From Adineta vaga (Eukaryota > Animalia > Rotifera), in contig CP075492.1 in NCBI GenBank assembly GCA_021613535.1, positions 9,734,001 to 9,798,000 on the forward strand: 64,000 nucleotides of DNA, in the 5' to 3' direction. This document shows, one piece after another, positions 32,150-45,738 of the stretch. Made by a program: the position numbers and the translations under genes. The notes under the pieces are model-generated. The model was not told the origin of the DNA. It was given only the letters and a program-made list of their open reading frames with translations, and did no database searches. Within the stretch, counting starts at the first letter, position 1. Every line of letters begins with the position of its first letter.

Positions 32150-32459
32150 TAGAAAATATGATTCTCGATCGACATCAATTCGCTCATCGTCTATTCAACT
32201 CCATTCTTCACAATCATGATATTTTCGATATCGAAATTCTTCTTCTCAAATCTTCACGAATCAATAATATCAATCTCAATCGTTTACAATACAATGGTCA
32301 ATCATTAGTTCATCTTTGTTGTTTATACAATCGTCTTGATCTATTGAAATTGTTTGTTGAATATGGTGAATGTGATATCTTGACAATCAATGATGATGGT
32401 TGGCTTCCTCTTCATATAGCTGTCTATCTTGGTCACAGAAATATTGTTTTATATTTATT
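32150..32459. repeat. Right arm of the 310-bp perfect inverted repeat (partner 26157..26466)
   Basis: Identical to the reverse complement of 26157..26466. Confidence 0.95.
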
Positions 32460-32475
32460 GAAATTTCATTCATGA
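32158..32475 (+). CDS. NRARP: NRARP-like small ankyrin-repeat protein, copy B (105 aa, ends LLKFHS)
   Basis: Identical to copy A except for the last four residues. A pyrimidine tract and AG lie just before AAAAT-ATG. Confidence 0.78.
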   Translation: MILDRHQFAHRLFNSILHNHDIFDIEILLLKSSRINNINLNRLQYNGQSLVHLCCLYNRLDLLKLFVEYGECDILTINDDGWLPLHIAVYLGHRNIVLYLLKFHS

Positions 32476-32645
32476 CTATTTTCTCTCGGTGATATGTGGG
32501 AAGTTCGCACCAATTGAAACGAAAATTCTTCTGATTATATGTGTCATTATCACATGCATTCTCTTGATGTTTAATGTGAATTATTATGGTTATTTGATAG
32601 ACTCGATTGGTATACAGTGATTATTCATTATGCGAGGGGCGGAGA

Positions 32646-32681
32646 TATATATATATATATACGTGTGTGTGTGTGTGTGTG
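32646..32681. repeat. Compound (AT)n(GT)n microsatellite
   Basis: Visible directly downstream of NRARP-like copy B. Confidence 0.8.
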
Positions 32682-32931
32682 AAAATGGTTCTGTGTTTCT
32701 TTTTTTGTAATGCATGTGAATGTGAACGAGTTGTTGTTTACACTTTTTATCCCATCGGCAATAAAATGATTGAGATCAATCGAAATCGATATATTATCAA
32801 GAAAAAATTCTCTAAACAAATGTTTTGATTACTAGAAAACTGTATATATATAATTCACATTATTATGTTTGGTTTTATTGTATATGTGGAAAGAAAGATA
32901 CAAAGTTTGTAAACTAATTAACAGAATTTAT

Positions 32932-35900
32932 TCACACACGCACCGGAAGAATATAAAGTTGGAATTGTGTTAAACTATTTTTCGATACAAATAAATGCCA
33001 ATCAAGAAAATTTTGATGTGAATATGTATGAGCTGTTTTTGTAGATTGTTCATCAGAATTTCGTTCAGTTTTAGGTGTAATCTTTATATGTGGCATGGAT
33101 GGACGAAGAAAATATCGATTAGGTGGTTTTTGCATAACGGTTGATCGACGTGAACGTTGAATAGATGAACATTGATTAATTTGCAAAGAGATTTGCTCAG
33201 AAAGAGAAAGAAACCAAGCTGTTCGTAATCGTTTGATCCATAGAAGATCAAGTTTAATAGCATGTTGTTCAGCTTCTTGTAAATTTAATTCCCAATTAAA
33301 ATCATTCTAAAATAATAGAAAATCATTTTCAGTTAGAAGAATTCGAAAAAAGATTTCCCAATCGTATACAAACAAAGATATTTGTCTCAATGGAATTATC
33401 AACTAATATTATTTGTTTCTTAATCGATTTTTCTCGTTCTATCACATTTAATGAAATCAATTGTTTTTATCTTCAATATTATTCTTAACCTTCATCCAAA
33501 AGAGTCCTCTATGTTCTTATTAAAATACTGTCTAAACTAAATTCTAACATTGACCTTATTATCTGTCTGTCTTAGGAGAATACTCATCTATTTCTATTCG
33601 ATTTTCATCAAAGTAAGAGACAAGCCGACTAAGCCGATGGCAATAGATGACATACTGACGAGACTGTTGTAAATCGATTCAATCAACTTTTTCATAAGCT
33701 TAGACTTTTTTGTCTTCAAATTTAACAAACTGTTTATATTATAATAAGAAAATTCGAAAGATATTTACATCGATTGGATAGTTTTGTGATCGCTTATAAT
33801 CATTTATAAGTCGATCGTAATACGCTTGATAAATCAAATATCGTGTTCGATTCCATGGAATTAATTCTTCATTAACATGAGTATTAATCATAGTTAATAG
33901 AAAACAATCTTTACTAATATTTTCTTCTGATTCTTTGATATAATACCAATATAATAATTGTGTTTCAATTAATTTTAATAGAGCACGTTTAAAACGAAAA
34001 TCAACAGTTGATAAATGCATTTGATCATATTTTATTTGATGTAAAGCTTGTTGAAAATGTATTTTCGAAAGATTTAATTCACCTAATCGGATATAAATCT
34101 GTGCTAATGTACAATCACTATAGAGAATCAATAAACTTCGTTGATTCGATCCAGTCAAAAGTTTTCTTCGATATTTACTAATATTTTCAAGAAAATCGAT
34201 CGTTATTGGTATTAATTCATAGCCAAGTTCAATAGCAACATCAATAACTAAAATATAATACCAAAGTTTTGCATAACAATTCATTGTTTGTTCACTTAAA
34301 TATTCTAAATGTTGTAGAATTAATTCAATATTTGATATACGCATTTCTCCAATCAATGCTAATGTTAAATTAATACATGTTTCCATAAGAAATATATTTT
34401 CATGATAACCAGTTAGAATTCGTTTAGCCAAATAGCCCGATAGAATGGCGGATTCCAATGAGTTTTGTTTTAATTCAATAATTAATGATAAACTTTTTAA
34501 TTTACCTAATTCAAGTTTTTCACGTGCTGTTACATATGACCACCAAAATTGTATTAAATTATTAATTAACATAAAACATTGATTATAATTCATTTCACAA
34601 TAAAAATATTCAATAAGTATAATCGTACATGGAAGTGAAAAAGAAAGAGGATAAATATGATATTGTAAATTAATTAAAATATTTCGTGTTTCATGCGATT
34701 GATGACGAGATAAATGATATTGAAGAAGATAATATTGACAAATTAAATATTCCATACGATATTGATTAATAAAAGGATTTAATGGATCAATATACTAAAT
34801 GAGTAAATCAAATGAATTGTGAACTAAGAAATTTACTACTTACCGATGTTTGAGAAGTATAACTGAATGTTGATAAAATCTCTCGACTTTGTTCGTATTG
34901 TATTCGTCGATCTTTTACTGACGAAGAATCTGATAAATTAATAGTTGATTTCGATTCTTCCCATGGACGATTTTGATTTATTTCATTTAATTCTTTTAAA
35001 CTTTGTTCGCACAATAATTTCGCATCGCAAATTGCTCTTGTACGTTGTAAAACAATTGCTTCAAAAAGATTATAGGTATATTTCGTAAGAATAGATTGAT
35101 ATTTATAAGTAGAATTATCTTGATTGATGATATCTTGTTGGAATTTATTTAAAAATTTTCTTCCATTTTCGATTTCAACGAGTAAACGTTGAAGACAATT
35201 TGAACGTAATAATAGATAACAAATTTCTATTCGATAATACATAATACGATCAAATTGTTCACCACGTAAATCATCGACTAATTTTTCATACATATCATAG
35301 AGATTTGTATGATATTCTACAAGTTTTGTATACACAGCAAAAACATAATCTGCACATTGACATATACGTAAATCATTGTAGGTAATAAATTCATTAACAA
35401 ATTTATTTAAATTAGCTTCTTCTAATTTCTGTTGTTGTTGAATATCATGAACATAATGGATTAAATTTTTGTATTGAACATAGGATTGAAAAGTATGAAA
35501 TAGAAGAGATTGATCGTATAGTATTTGAAATGTTCGTGTTAAATATATTTGTCGATTTAAACAATTAAGATCATCAGCAATATGTTGCATAAATTCAGAT
35601 GAAAACATAGGTTGTTCAAGTAATTCTTGATCACTAGGACAAGCACGAAGGACTTTATTGGGAGATGGAATTAATACTTGACGAACGGTTTGCCAATGAG
35701 AGGAATACTTGCGTAAAAATTTTGATTCCTAAAATTTTCAGAGATGTACTTAGACTTAGAATGAGTTTTTCAAGGTGATCAAGATGCTCTGTCTTTACCT
35801 GTGATATACTATTGGATTTGGAAGTTATGTGAGTGTCTGCTGTTTCTTTATCAGTTGATTTTCTCATTGATTGATTATTTGTATCTTCAGTTGTCAAGAT

Positions 35901-38900
35901 GGGTGAATGTAATGGCACAATTTGACAGAATATATATCGAAAGAATGATCGAAGACGATGCGATCGACTTTCTCTTCGTTGTCTTGTTCGTTTAACAATT
36001 GTTTCTTTTCTCTGTGTTTTATCTGGTATAATAAATCCATCGATAGTTTTTAACAAACGATTATTCGATAGAGATGCATTGCGAAGACTTTTTTTTGGTG
36101 CCTTAATAAGAGTAATAAAAGGATTTGATTTCGATGATGTTAATGGTCGATGAACATCATTTTGAACGGATGTAGGTGTCAGCTGTGATTCATTGTTATT
36201 ATATGAATAAAGATTAACTATAGGTAAATTTTGATCACTGGAATCACGATGTATGAGTTGTTCAGGTTTGGTTTTAGAAGTATCTTCATTAACAAGAGGA
36301 ATATATGGAGAAAGAGAGAGTCTTGTACGATGAGCATTAAAACCACTTGCGTCGATACTATTACGACGTTTTTCTAGTGTTTTAGTCGGACTAGTAGACG
36401 GAAGGAAACGATATTCGTAAAAATATTATGATTTTTTTTAAAAGATTTTTCACTTCTTTTATTACCTGTTATGTTCATCAACTCTCGTGTTTCCAGCTGG
36501 TGCAGTAATCGGTTCTGGTGGAATATTCGATGATGTATTTGATCTTGGTTTTCTTAATACATTCAGTGAACCTAATCGAATAGATTGTTTAATTGCATTA
36601 TCAATTTCTTTCAATGCAGCTATTTTAACAATATCAACAAATGCATGTTGTTGACTTGTTTTAATAATTTTCGTTAAACCATCTTGTTTTTGAACAAAAA
36701 ATGGTATATCATTTCGTGGTCCACATGTTGAACAAATAATGGTACATTGTTTTTCCAGATAATCAATAGCATGACGTGTTAATGTACGTTTTAAACTATC
36801 TGTTAATGAATTATAGATTCCTTCTCGTATTGATACATGTGCAAATGCTATTAAACGACATTGCGATGGAAAACTTGTTGGATTATGTAAACAGAAACAT
36901 TGAATTGTACGTCCTTTTGGATTTTGTTGTTGTTTATATGCACATTCAATAACTGATCGTTGCATCATATCCAATATACAGGAATTAATATTAATTGATT
37001 TCTTTGAATTTGAATCAACTAATTGCCATAGAAATGTTCGAGAAAATGTATTTCCAATAACAGCAGCTGTTTTAATAAGAAACGTTTCACCTTCGGAAAG
37101 ACGATCAATACGGCACATGATGTAATTTTGAAAATTTTGTTGACAATGAGAAATAACATCATTCGAAGTTGGATCACGTAAAAGACAAATACGAGAAAAG
37201 GTCTGTTCTGATTGACGTTGTTCTTCATTAAGAATTTGTTTTCGACGAGAAAATAATGATTTAAATAAACTATTCTTTGAAGGTAAATTAAGAAGAATTT
37301 TATCAGCATCACCTTCAATTAAATTCAAATCTTGATCATGTTCATCTATTGTATTTACAATATAGATTTTATCTTTACGTAAAAGATCAAATAGAATTTG
37401 TTCACAAAAACCAGGAATACCTATATTCGAGAAACAGAATACAGATTTTTTTTGGACAAATGCCAATAGTTCGTTTCGTAGAGAAATATAAAGTATAAAA
37501 TAGTATTTACCGTTACAACTTTCATTGAAAACTTTAACCAATTTTGCTGGAAGTTTATGTACTGATAATATCTGGCATCCTATAAAAGAATGAAGTGAAA
37601 TTATTTTATCGTTACATAATAGATTCTACCAAGTGTTGCAAGATAACGTGGTTCAAGACCAGGTAATCTTCGTAGATAAACACGTGAATCTGTACTAATT
37701 GTTTGTAATATATCAGAAGCACGTCGATCATTGTTATTATTTCTTGGTGGTTTCATGGAGAGAATCAATAAACATTTACTATGACTACCCAATGTGAGTA
37801 AATGTTTCAGTGAACTTTCATCAGCAAAATGAATGTCATCGATAATAATCAAGATTTTTGATGCTACTGCAATAGGAGATGAAGGTATCATTGATATCGC
37901 ATTTGATGAACGTCTTGATTGAGCACATGATGCACTAGAACGAAAGATTATCCATTAAACTCTCGATTCTCATAGATTTTATTCAATCCGATATCTCAAA
38001 ATCGGATGAAGTTGAATGATCTTTCTTTCTTTCTTTCTTTTTTTTATGTACCTTACTGATGTGCATGTATTTCCATACATATCAGCAATATTAATCGGTG
38101 ATTCAACAAGTTGATTTATAATATGTAATAATAATTCATTAATATTCGTTTCATATGTTCGAACAAAGTTCGTTTCATTACTATTGTCAGTTTCAATATG
38201 ACCACGACGAAATCTGACATCGACTAAATCATTTAATAGAAATAAGTTTCGTCGTAAATATAAATCATTCGATTTGTTTATGTCAAATAAACGTAAGAGT
38301 GATTGTTCACGTTCGTATTGACTTTTTTCATCATTATGAAAATTTAATAATTGTCGAAGTAATGAACGAAGTAAACTGAATTCATTAAAACGTCGTTCTA
38401 ACTGACAATTATATTTAATAATACGTATAATTGGTTTTTTAATTGTTGAACAATCACTACCATATACATGTAATGATGATGAACGATTTGGTAGAATATC
38501 ATTTGTTGTTAGAGGTATACTGTTAGGAATTGTTGAATCATAAGGAATGTACGAATTATCATAACAAGAAACACCTGTACTACTAGTTTCATAGTTTGCA
38601 TTTTCGAATGAATCAGCAATAAACTGTAATAAACGACTTCGACCGATTTTATCATCTCCTAGAATGAAATTATTCTCATATACATAGCATAGATTTTGAT
38701 TATAATTTAAAATATTGGTTCATTTTCTGCATACTATCAAATACTTAATTGTAATATAGGAAAAACTATCACAAATAGAATTACTTCTTCTTTTAGAATG
38801 AGATGTTCGTTTTGTAAAAAAAATTACATAGAATCAAAATTTCTTCAAGATCATTAAAAGGAAAATAGATGTAATCAACGATACTGAATTCAATGTATTA

Positions 38901-41371
38901 ATTTCAACAGCTTCTTTTCCTTTTCCCAAAACTGTCAAGATCAATTGCTGTTTCTTCTCCTTTTTCACTTTCTTGGATTCATTAGAATTTGTTTTTCTAC
39001 CCTCAATTGATTCTCATCAAATGATCTGCGTTTGTAAACACTATCATATATCATCCTAATAACTATCATTTACACATCTGCTATTAGAGCACAAAATCAT
39101 TATTCAAAACATGACAAAAGATACTTTGATAAATGCATAGCTTTCATGACGATGTCTTTATGTTAATGATATGGAAAGTATTCTAGAGCTATGTATTAGA
39201 GAAAAAAAACTAAATTGAATTGGTGTACAAACCCTCAAAAATGATAGCAGCAAGATCTCTTCGTTTATTTTCTGGTTCATCCATTAACATTATTTGTGTT
39301 GCAATTATCATTAATTCTAATTTTCGTCCAAGTAATGGATAATTTCCATTTGAAAGATTAATATTTTCCTTTTGATTCGAATTATTTTGTATTTGTACAT
39401 TATCTTGATTTTCTCCATATTGCCAAATAATTCCCACATTATGCATACCCTAGTAAACCATAACAAAGAAAAAGTCGAGTTGTATCAATTGAACATTGTT
39501 CGTTCTTTACTTTTAATATTTTATCTGGTAAAATTTGAAAAAATCGACTATTTAATCGCGAATTATAGTATGTTTCTTGATCACACGAGATTATATTTGG
39601 ATAATTGCACATTAATCGCGCAGCTAAATTTACTTTTCGACCAATAACTGTATATTCACAACGTGCAACATGTCCCACAACACCACAATAAGTCAAACCA
39701 GTTGCCACCTAACCTAACGTAAATAGTTAAATATTATCACTGAAATGTTAAGTTTAGTTTGTCTTTTCTCTCTCTTTCTTCACAATAAACTTACACCAAT
39801 CGAACATTTATTTATAAATTGACACTGTTTATTGATTGTTGAATGTATCATATGTGCACATTTGAGTGCATTCGCTGTATCATCACCTTGTTTATAACCA
39901 GGTAAACCAAAAACACATAGAAATGACCAACCTTTATCGAATAATAACGCTTTTGTTAATACACCACCCATCATTTTATTTAATTCATAGATTTGTATAA
40001 AAACTTTCTGTACATTTTGACAAAGATTAGTCTCAGCATGTTGTTCATCTGAAATATCCAGATTAATAAATGTGATGGTAACACGTCGTAATTCTGATAA
40101 ATAATCTAGTGATTGTTTACGCTCAATACGTTGATAAACACAACCAAGTAAAAATGATTTCATTAAATTATCAATTTTATCATCAAGTTCTTCATCATTA
40201 CTATCGGCAACTAATGAACAAGAATGTGTTTTTGATTCAATTGAACGATGACCATTAGATAATTCTTGAGAAGATTGATACTTGAAAGAAAAAGAAATTG
40301 AAATTTTTATTTTCTTTCTAATCATGCATCCTATTTGTTTTTTTATTTCTCTCATGCTTTTCGTTTGATACAGTCAGTTCATAATCACTCGTGTGGAACA
40401 AATTAATTTTCGAAGAAAATACGTTTACCTACCATATTATCTTCTTCTGATTCTAAACATTTTACAGCAATATATTGATCATTTCTATCTGATTCATCTC
40501 CAATCGATGCATATTCACAATTTAATGAAAATTTCTGAACTTGTTCATAAACTGCCTTTGTTATAATGATATCTCCAGGTTCACATAATTGTTCACAACT
40601 GTTTACATCTTTAATACAATCACCCGTTAATATATAATGTTTAAATTCGTCTGTTCCGATAAACAATACTCGAACAGATCCATAGGCAATGGCTACTTTC
40701 ATACGTAAAATAACATCAACATTTGTTTCATATGCGCCATATCTTTCTTGTAATGATAACGCACATTTTAATGCTTGTTCTGGTCCATTCGATTCATGAG
40801 TCCATAATGCAAGTATGGCATCACCAGCAAATTTATAAATATCACCATTATGAATTAAAATTTCCGAAACTAATTTATCGAAATATGAATTTAATGTATG
40901 CGTTAGTTGATCAATACCTAAATGGGCGTCATTTGAATATTGTTCTGTTAAAGATGTAAATCCAGAGACATCAAGAAATAATAATGTTGCTTGATTATAC
41001 ATGTGTTCATTTGGAATTAGAATGTTTCCTTGATTATCAATTAAATCATCTAAATTATTTAAAACAATATCTGGAATGTGTGCTTGAACTTGTTGACCGA
41101 TATGAAATCCTTCATCATCGTCATCATTATTCTCTATTTCCTTTTCGTCCTCTTCTTCTTCTTCTTCAGTTGTGTTTTCATTTACTATTGAACCAATTTG
41201 TAAAGTTGCAACAACCATTTTGACTGTATTTGTTGCTAATGATGGTAAACCTCGCGACCAAATACGACGTAATGGTTTCTTCCTTCGAATCTTTTTCAAT
41301 GACGTTTTAGTTTTCGCTTGAATGATTTCCGTAGGTTGAGTAGAAAGAATCTGCCTTGAACTATCCATCAT
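32932..41371 (-). CDS. ADCY10: Soluble adenylyl cyclase type 10-like: two cyclase domains, STAND/P-loop region, long helical C-terminus; multi-exon
   Basis: C1 motifs LLFLDVSGFTSLTE and IYKFAGDAILALW; C2 motifs YLSELRRVT, FDKGWSFLCVFG and EYTVIGRKVNLAARLM. Also Walker B IIIDDIHFAD, GIPGFCEQIL and RIDRLS..LIKTAAVIG. The introns checked splice in frame through to stop 32932. Confidence 0.93.
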
Positions 41372-42785
41372 AATTAATTTATTTACAGTCTAAAATAAAT
41401 CGTAACGATAATGAATCATTCATACACAAAAATAATAGGAAATAAGTTCTTTTTTTCTTCTCTTTCTCTCTCGAATCATTTTATATATCTTGCCTTTCTT
41501 CTTTTGTTTTATGTAAACTATTCGTAGTATAAACTATTCTAATCTAATCTGGAGAATATAAAGTATGTATACAAGTGCAATATGCAAAAAAAAAGCAACT
41601 TTTCTTTTTTCGATGATATAATTCTCAGTTAAAATAATCAGTTATCTACTAGGATATCTCTGTCGAAACAGAAGAAATCGCTTGCTGCGCTGTATCGATT
41701 GTTAGCAATTTCTTCTGCCAATAATAACAATGACATTTATCGCATTCGGATATATTTAGACATATGACGATATATCAAGATGATTACAAGTACATAGTTT
41801 TTCGAAAAAGGAAAGTTTATTCAATAAATTCTCAATCATTTGATCTATTTGTTCATTAATAGGATTAGACACAAACGTATGTAAACAAATTCTCAAGATA
41901 TGATAATAAGTAAAAATAAACTGAGATGAAGATAGAAACGAAGGAAGAAAAGACTATAGTGTGTATAATGATGATTTCGAGCGTTGGCGAACACATTCTT
42001 ATCAGATTATGGAATGTAATGAGACACGATGAAGAGCCTTCTAAATACCAATTGGTAGAATCTCTTCGTAAAGACTACCCACTAATGCTCTTTTGTTTTA
42101 TATCGATGATCGCTCTCATCAGTCATTTTCTGGATTAGAAGAGAAAACCTCGATCGATGCAAAGAAGAAGAGCAGAAGAAGAAGAAGAAGAAGACGAGTC
42201 GGTTACATCGAAAACATCATACTCGTTCTCTTACTTTGTTTTTTTGTTAATCAATTCTATTGGAGAAAAAGTACATACAACGAAGACATTGATACGCACA
42301 AAACAAATCAATGATACTTGACAATTTACAAAAGAATCCTATCGAATCGTTTTGTTCTTTCTTGATAGAAGAATGATAAATGAAATTCAATTGCAATTAA
42401 TCATTTTAAGTTATTTGTATTATAAATAGTTTCACTTTCATCATCTGATCATCGAACAAAAATCTAACTCATATTTTAATGTAAAACTTCTGTTATTTCC
42501 TTTCTGCATATTTACCATATGTGAGCACATGTCTATGCATATCTTACTATCTTTTTTTTATAATCGTATTGCAATAATCAACACTGTCATGTTGGATAGC
42601 CTAAAACCAAACAAAAACCTTCCATTGACGAACGTCTTTCTCCGAAAATATCATTGACATATATATATAGACATCCACCTATAAATATTTATTTACATCG
42701 TGTTTATATTTAGTTTACGAGAGAAAATGATTAAAAACAGATTTCATTCAATTAAATAAAAAGAAGAAATGATAGACATCCTTCA

Positions 42786-44392
42786 TTAACTCTGATTTGT
42801 TAGATATCTATCGATTGCGGCCGGAGTACCTCTAGGAAAAAAGCACAGGTGAATTATTGGTTTTCATATGTATAAAAAGATCTTTTACTTTATATTAATG
42901 TCAATACCGGTTGTATCTCTTGGTCTTAAGAGATATTGACCATGGTTACTATTGGTAATAGATAAACCTTTCATTGAATCAATATCTTTCTGTGTTGGAG
43001 TACATTCTGCTTCGTCATTAAGAAATCGGTATAGTAAATTATTGTTGCGTTCACAATTTGATGCACTATCATCATCACTATCATCCGGTGCAACAAAACT
43101 AACTGTCATTGTAATATCACCTTTCTATAAAAACAATAAGAAAAAGTATGTGAATACTTTTGTTATTTGTATTTTGGAATATAAATACCAAAGATGAAAG
43201 AATTTGCACAGCTTCAGCATGTTTTTTATCACGTAAATCATATTTATTCGCACTCAGTATTGAATCTCCAACATAAAGTTGTCCACATGCCCATGCTAAA
43301 CCATTATCTTGTATTTCGGATATAAGAATTGGTAGACCGTGTTCTTTTCCACCAGTTATTGATATACCTAATGCTTGTTTTTCATCTTTATACAACTTCA
43401 CTGTACGTAATTCACCTACACCATGACGTTTTCTTAATGTATTCACATCCTATATGAAAAAAAGAAATTCAGATTGAAAAGAAAATCCGTCAGAGAGTTT
43501 TACATGTCCTGGTGGTGTTGTTAAAATTTTGTTCACTTTTTCACGTCCACGACAAGCACGAATGACAGTTTTATGTCGATGTAAATGAATTTCAGCTTCA
43601 AGTTGATTCCATAATTTTTCATGGTTTGGTCCACGTAAATCACGGCTTAGTAATTGAATTTGTTGAATTCTAATTTAAAGATATGTATTAATCATTTTTT
43701 ATTTTTCTTTTTGAAAATTCATACCTTCCAGCTAATTCTTTGTCTAAATATTTTGTTGCTAAACGTGATCCGTATATTTCAGATTCTAAATTAATAATTT
43801 CTTTTTTCAATTTTTCATTTTCCTTTTCCAGTTCATGTGCTCTAACATTGGATACCAAACTTTGTTTCAATTCATCACGTTGTTTACTAGCTTGTTCTTC
43901 CTAATAAAATCAAATAAACATTTCAAGAAAAAGTAGAAAAACTACGATGAATACATACCAATCGTTTTTGTATCACAGCTGCACCTTCGATTTCACTTTG
44001 ACTCTTTAATATTTCACATTCTAATCGTGATATATGTAAATTAGATAATGTATCTGTCATTTGTTGTTCTAAGGCTTGTCGATCCGCTTTAATATTGATC
44101 AGTTCTGTTTGTGTATCAACTAGTTGTGCCTATATATATTATTTTAATTTTACAAGAAAAAATATATTCAACAAACTTCGAATTTAGCGTTCGCTTGGGC
44201 AATGGTTTGAACTTTATGAACCAATTGAGCGAAACATGAACTGAGTATAGCCATTTTTGCCCGACCATCAGCAATAACTTCTGGTTGTTCTTCATCAATT
44301 TCATTAAATGATAGATCAAGATCAACAAATGCTCTATCAAATTCTTTTTCAAGTATATCTAGCCAATGAAATGCAGATGCAGATACCGACAT
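42786..44392 (-). CDS. GOPC: Golgi-associated PDZ and coiled-coil protein (PIST/CAL)
   Basis: [42 protein letters not shown], and [23 protein letters not shown]. Confidence 0.95.
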
Positions 44393-45020
44393 ATGGACAA
44401 CACTATGATTCTGAAACAAAAACAAGTTAGTTTAGATTATGCAGTAAACGCCAGAACTTTATGTAACAGTCTGTTGGTTGTTTGCTGAGTTATGAAAAAG
44501 ATCATAAAGACCAATAATTATTGGATAATTTACTCGTAATATTAATAGGAAAAAAAGAACAGTAAACTGTTGCTCAGTGACACCTATCATCATTTCAGTA
44601 TCTAATACTCTCTGAATCTGAATCTGAATGAAAGAACAAGCGACAAGCCGTATATGTATGTATGTATGTAGAGTTAATATATTGGAAACGACTGTTATAT
44701 TTTATCCACGATTAACGCTTTATTTCGACAAGTAAAAAACATAAGAACACGAAAAGAGACGATACATATATAATAAATCTATACTCGAAGTTTTTTTTGT
44801 CGCATTCGACTTTGTTCTTCCGATGTTCGATTTCATCCATAAAATATCTCGATAAGCAATACATTCAGATATCAAGTCTGTAATATATCATCACTTTTGA
44901 CTTGTATCGTCAAGAGAATTGAATCACAGATTTCTTTGACAGAAATCGAATCGTTTTAGAATAATCAAAGACGATAGCAAGAAAATAAACATTCAAGTAT
45001 CTACATAAATATGTAACCAA

Positions 45021-45738
45021 TCAACTATTAAGGCGTGTAAAATCATTGCCATCTTTATTGGGATTGAATGTTTGTAACATTTGAATAAATTCATTCGATG
45101 ATGGAATACGACCAGTTTCGATTTTTGACCATAATGGAACATCATCAATAGTAATTTCGAATGCACCAGTAGAAATTAAGTAAGATTCAAGTGAATTCGA
45201 TAGAAAAAAGATCATTAAACATGCATACATTTTATTTTGTAGCGCCCAAGAATAGACTCTCGGTGTTGGAATGTTGAGAAGAGTAAATGGATTTTGACTG
45301 AAAAGAAGACAAATAAGTAAAGCCATTTTAATGATTGATATAACGCGAGCAAGAAAAGATTTTAAAGGTTGTTGTGGATAGTTTTCTCCAACAACTGCCA
45401 TATTTGGATAATGTTGACGAACTAATTCAGAAAACTGTTTGAACAAATTTTGATAGCTACAAAATAAGATAGATAAAAAGCATGGTTAAAATCATGACTA
45501 TCTAGAATACATGCCCACAACTTTGACAATAACGAAATTTAATTATTGGTCCCAGTTGCATTTTCATTTTCGGTGGTGGAATTGATGAAATATCATCGGA
45601 TTGAGTTTCCGAGAAATCATTATTTGATGATGTCGTCGCAGTTTTTGTTTTTGTTTGATTTACATATGAACGACTTAAATCGTAACATGTCAATAGAAGA
45701 ACAGTGCTAACACTGAGTAATAATTTTCGATCAAACAT
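45021..45738 (-). CDS. SELENOT: Selenoprotein T homologue with Cys in place of Sec (CQSC), 2 exons
   Basis: Signal peptide, FRYCQSCG/YQNLF, VGENYP, WALQNKMYAC and STGAFEI..WSKIETGRIP. Joining the exons needs a 58-nt GC-AG intron (45514..45457). Confidence 0.92.

Noticed and set aside
26157-32459. Inverted repeat as transposon TIRs
   Set aside because: The arms are host coding exons, there is no transposase inside, and no target-site duplication was seen.
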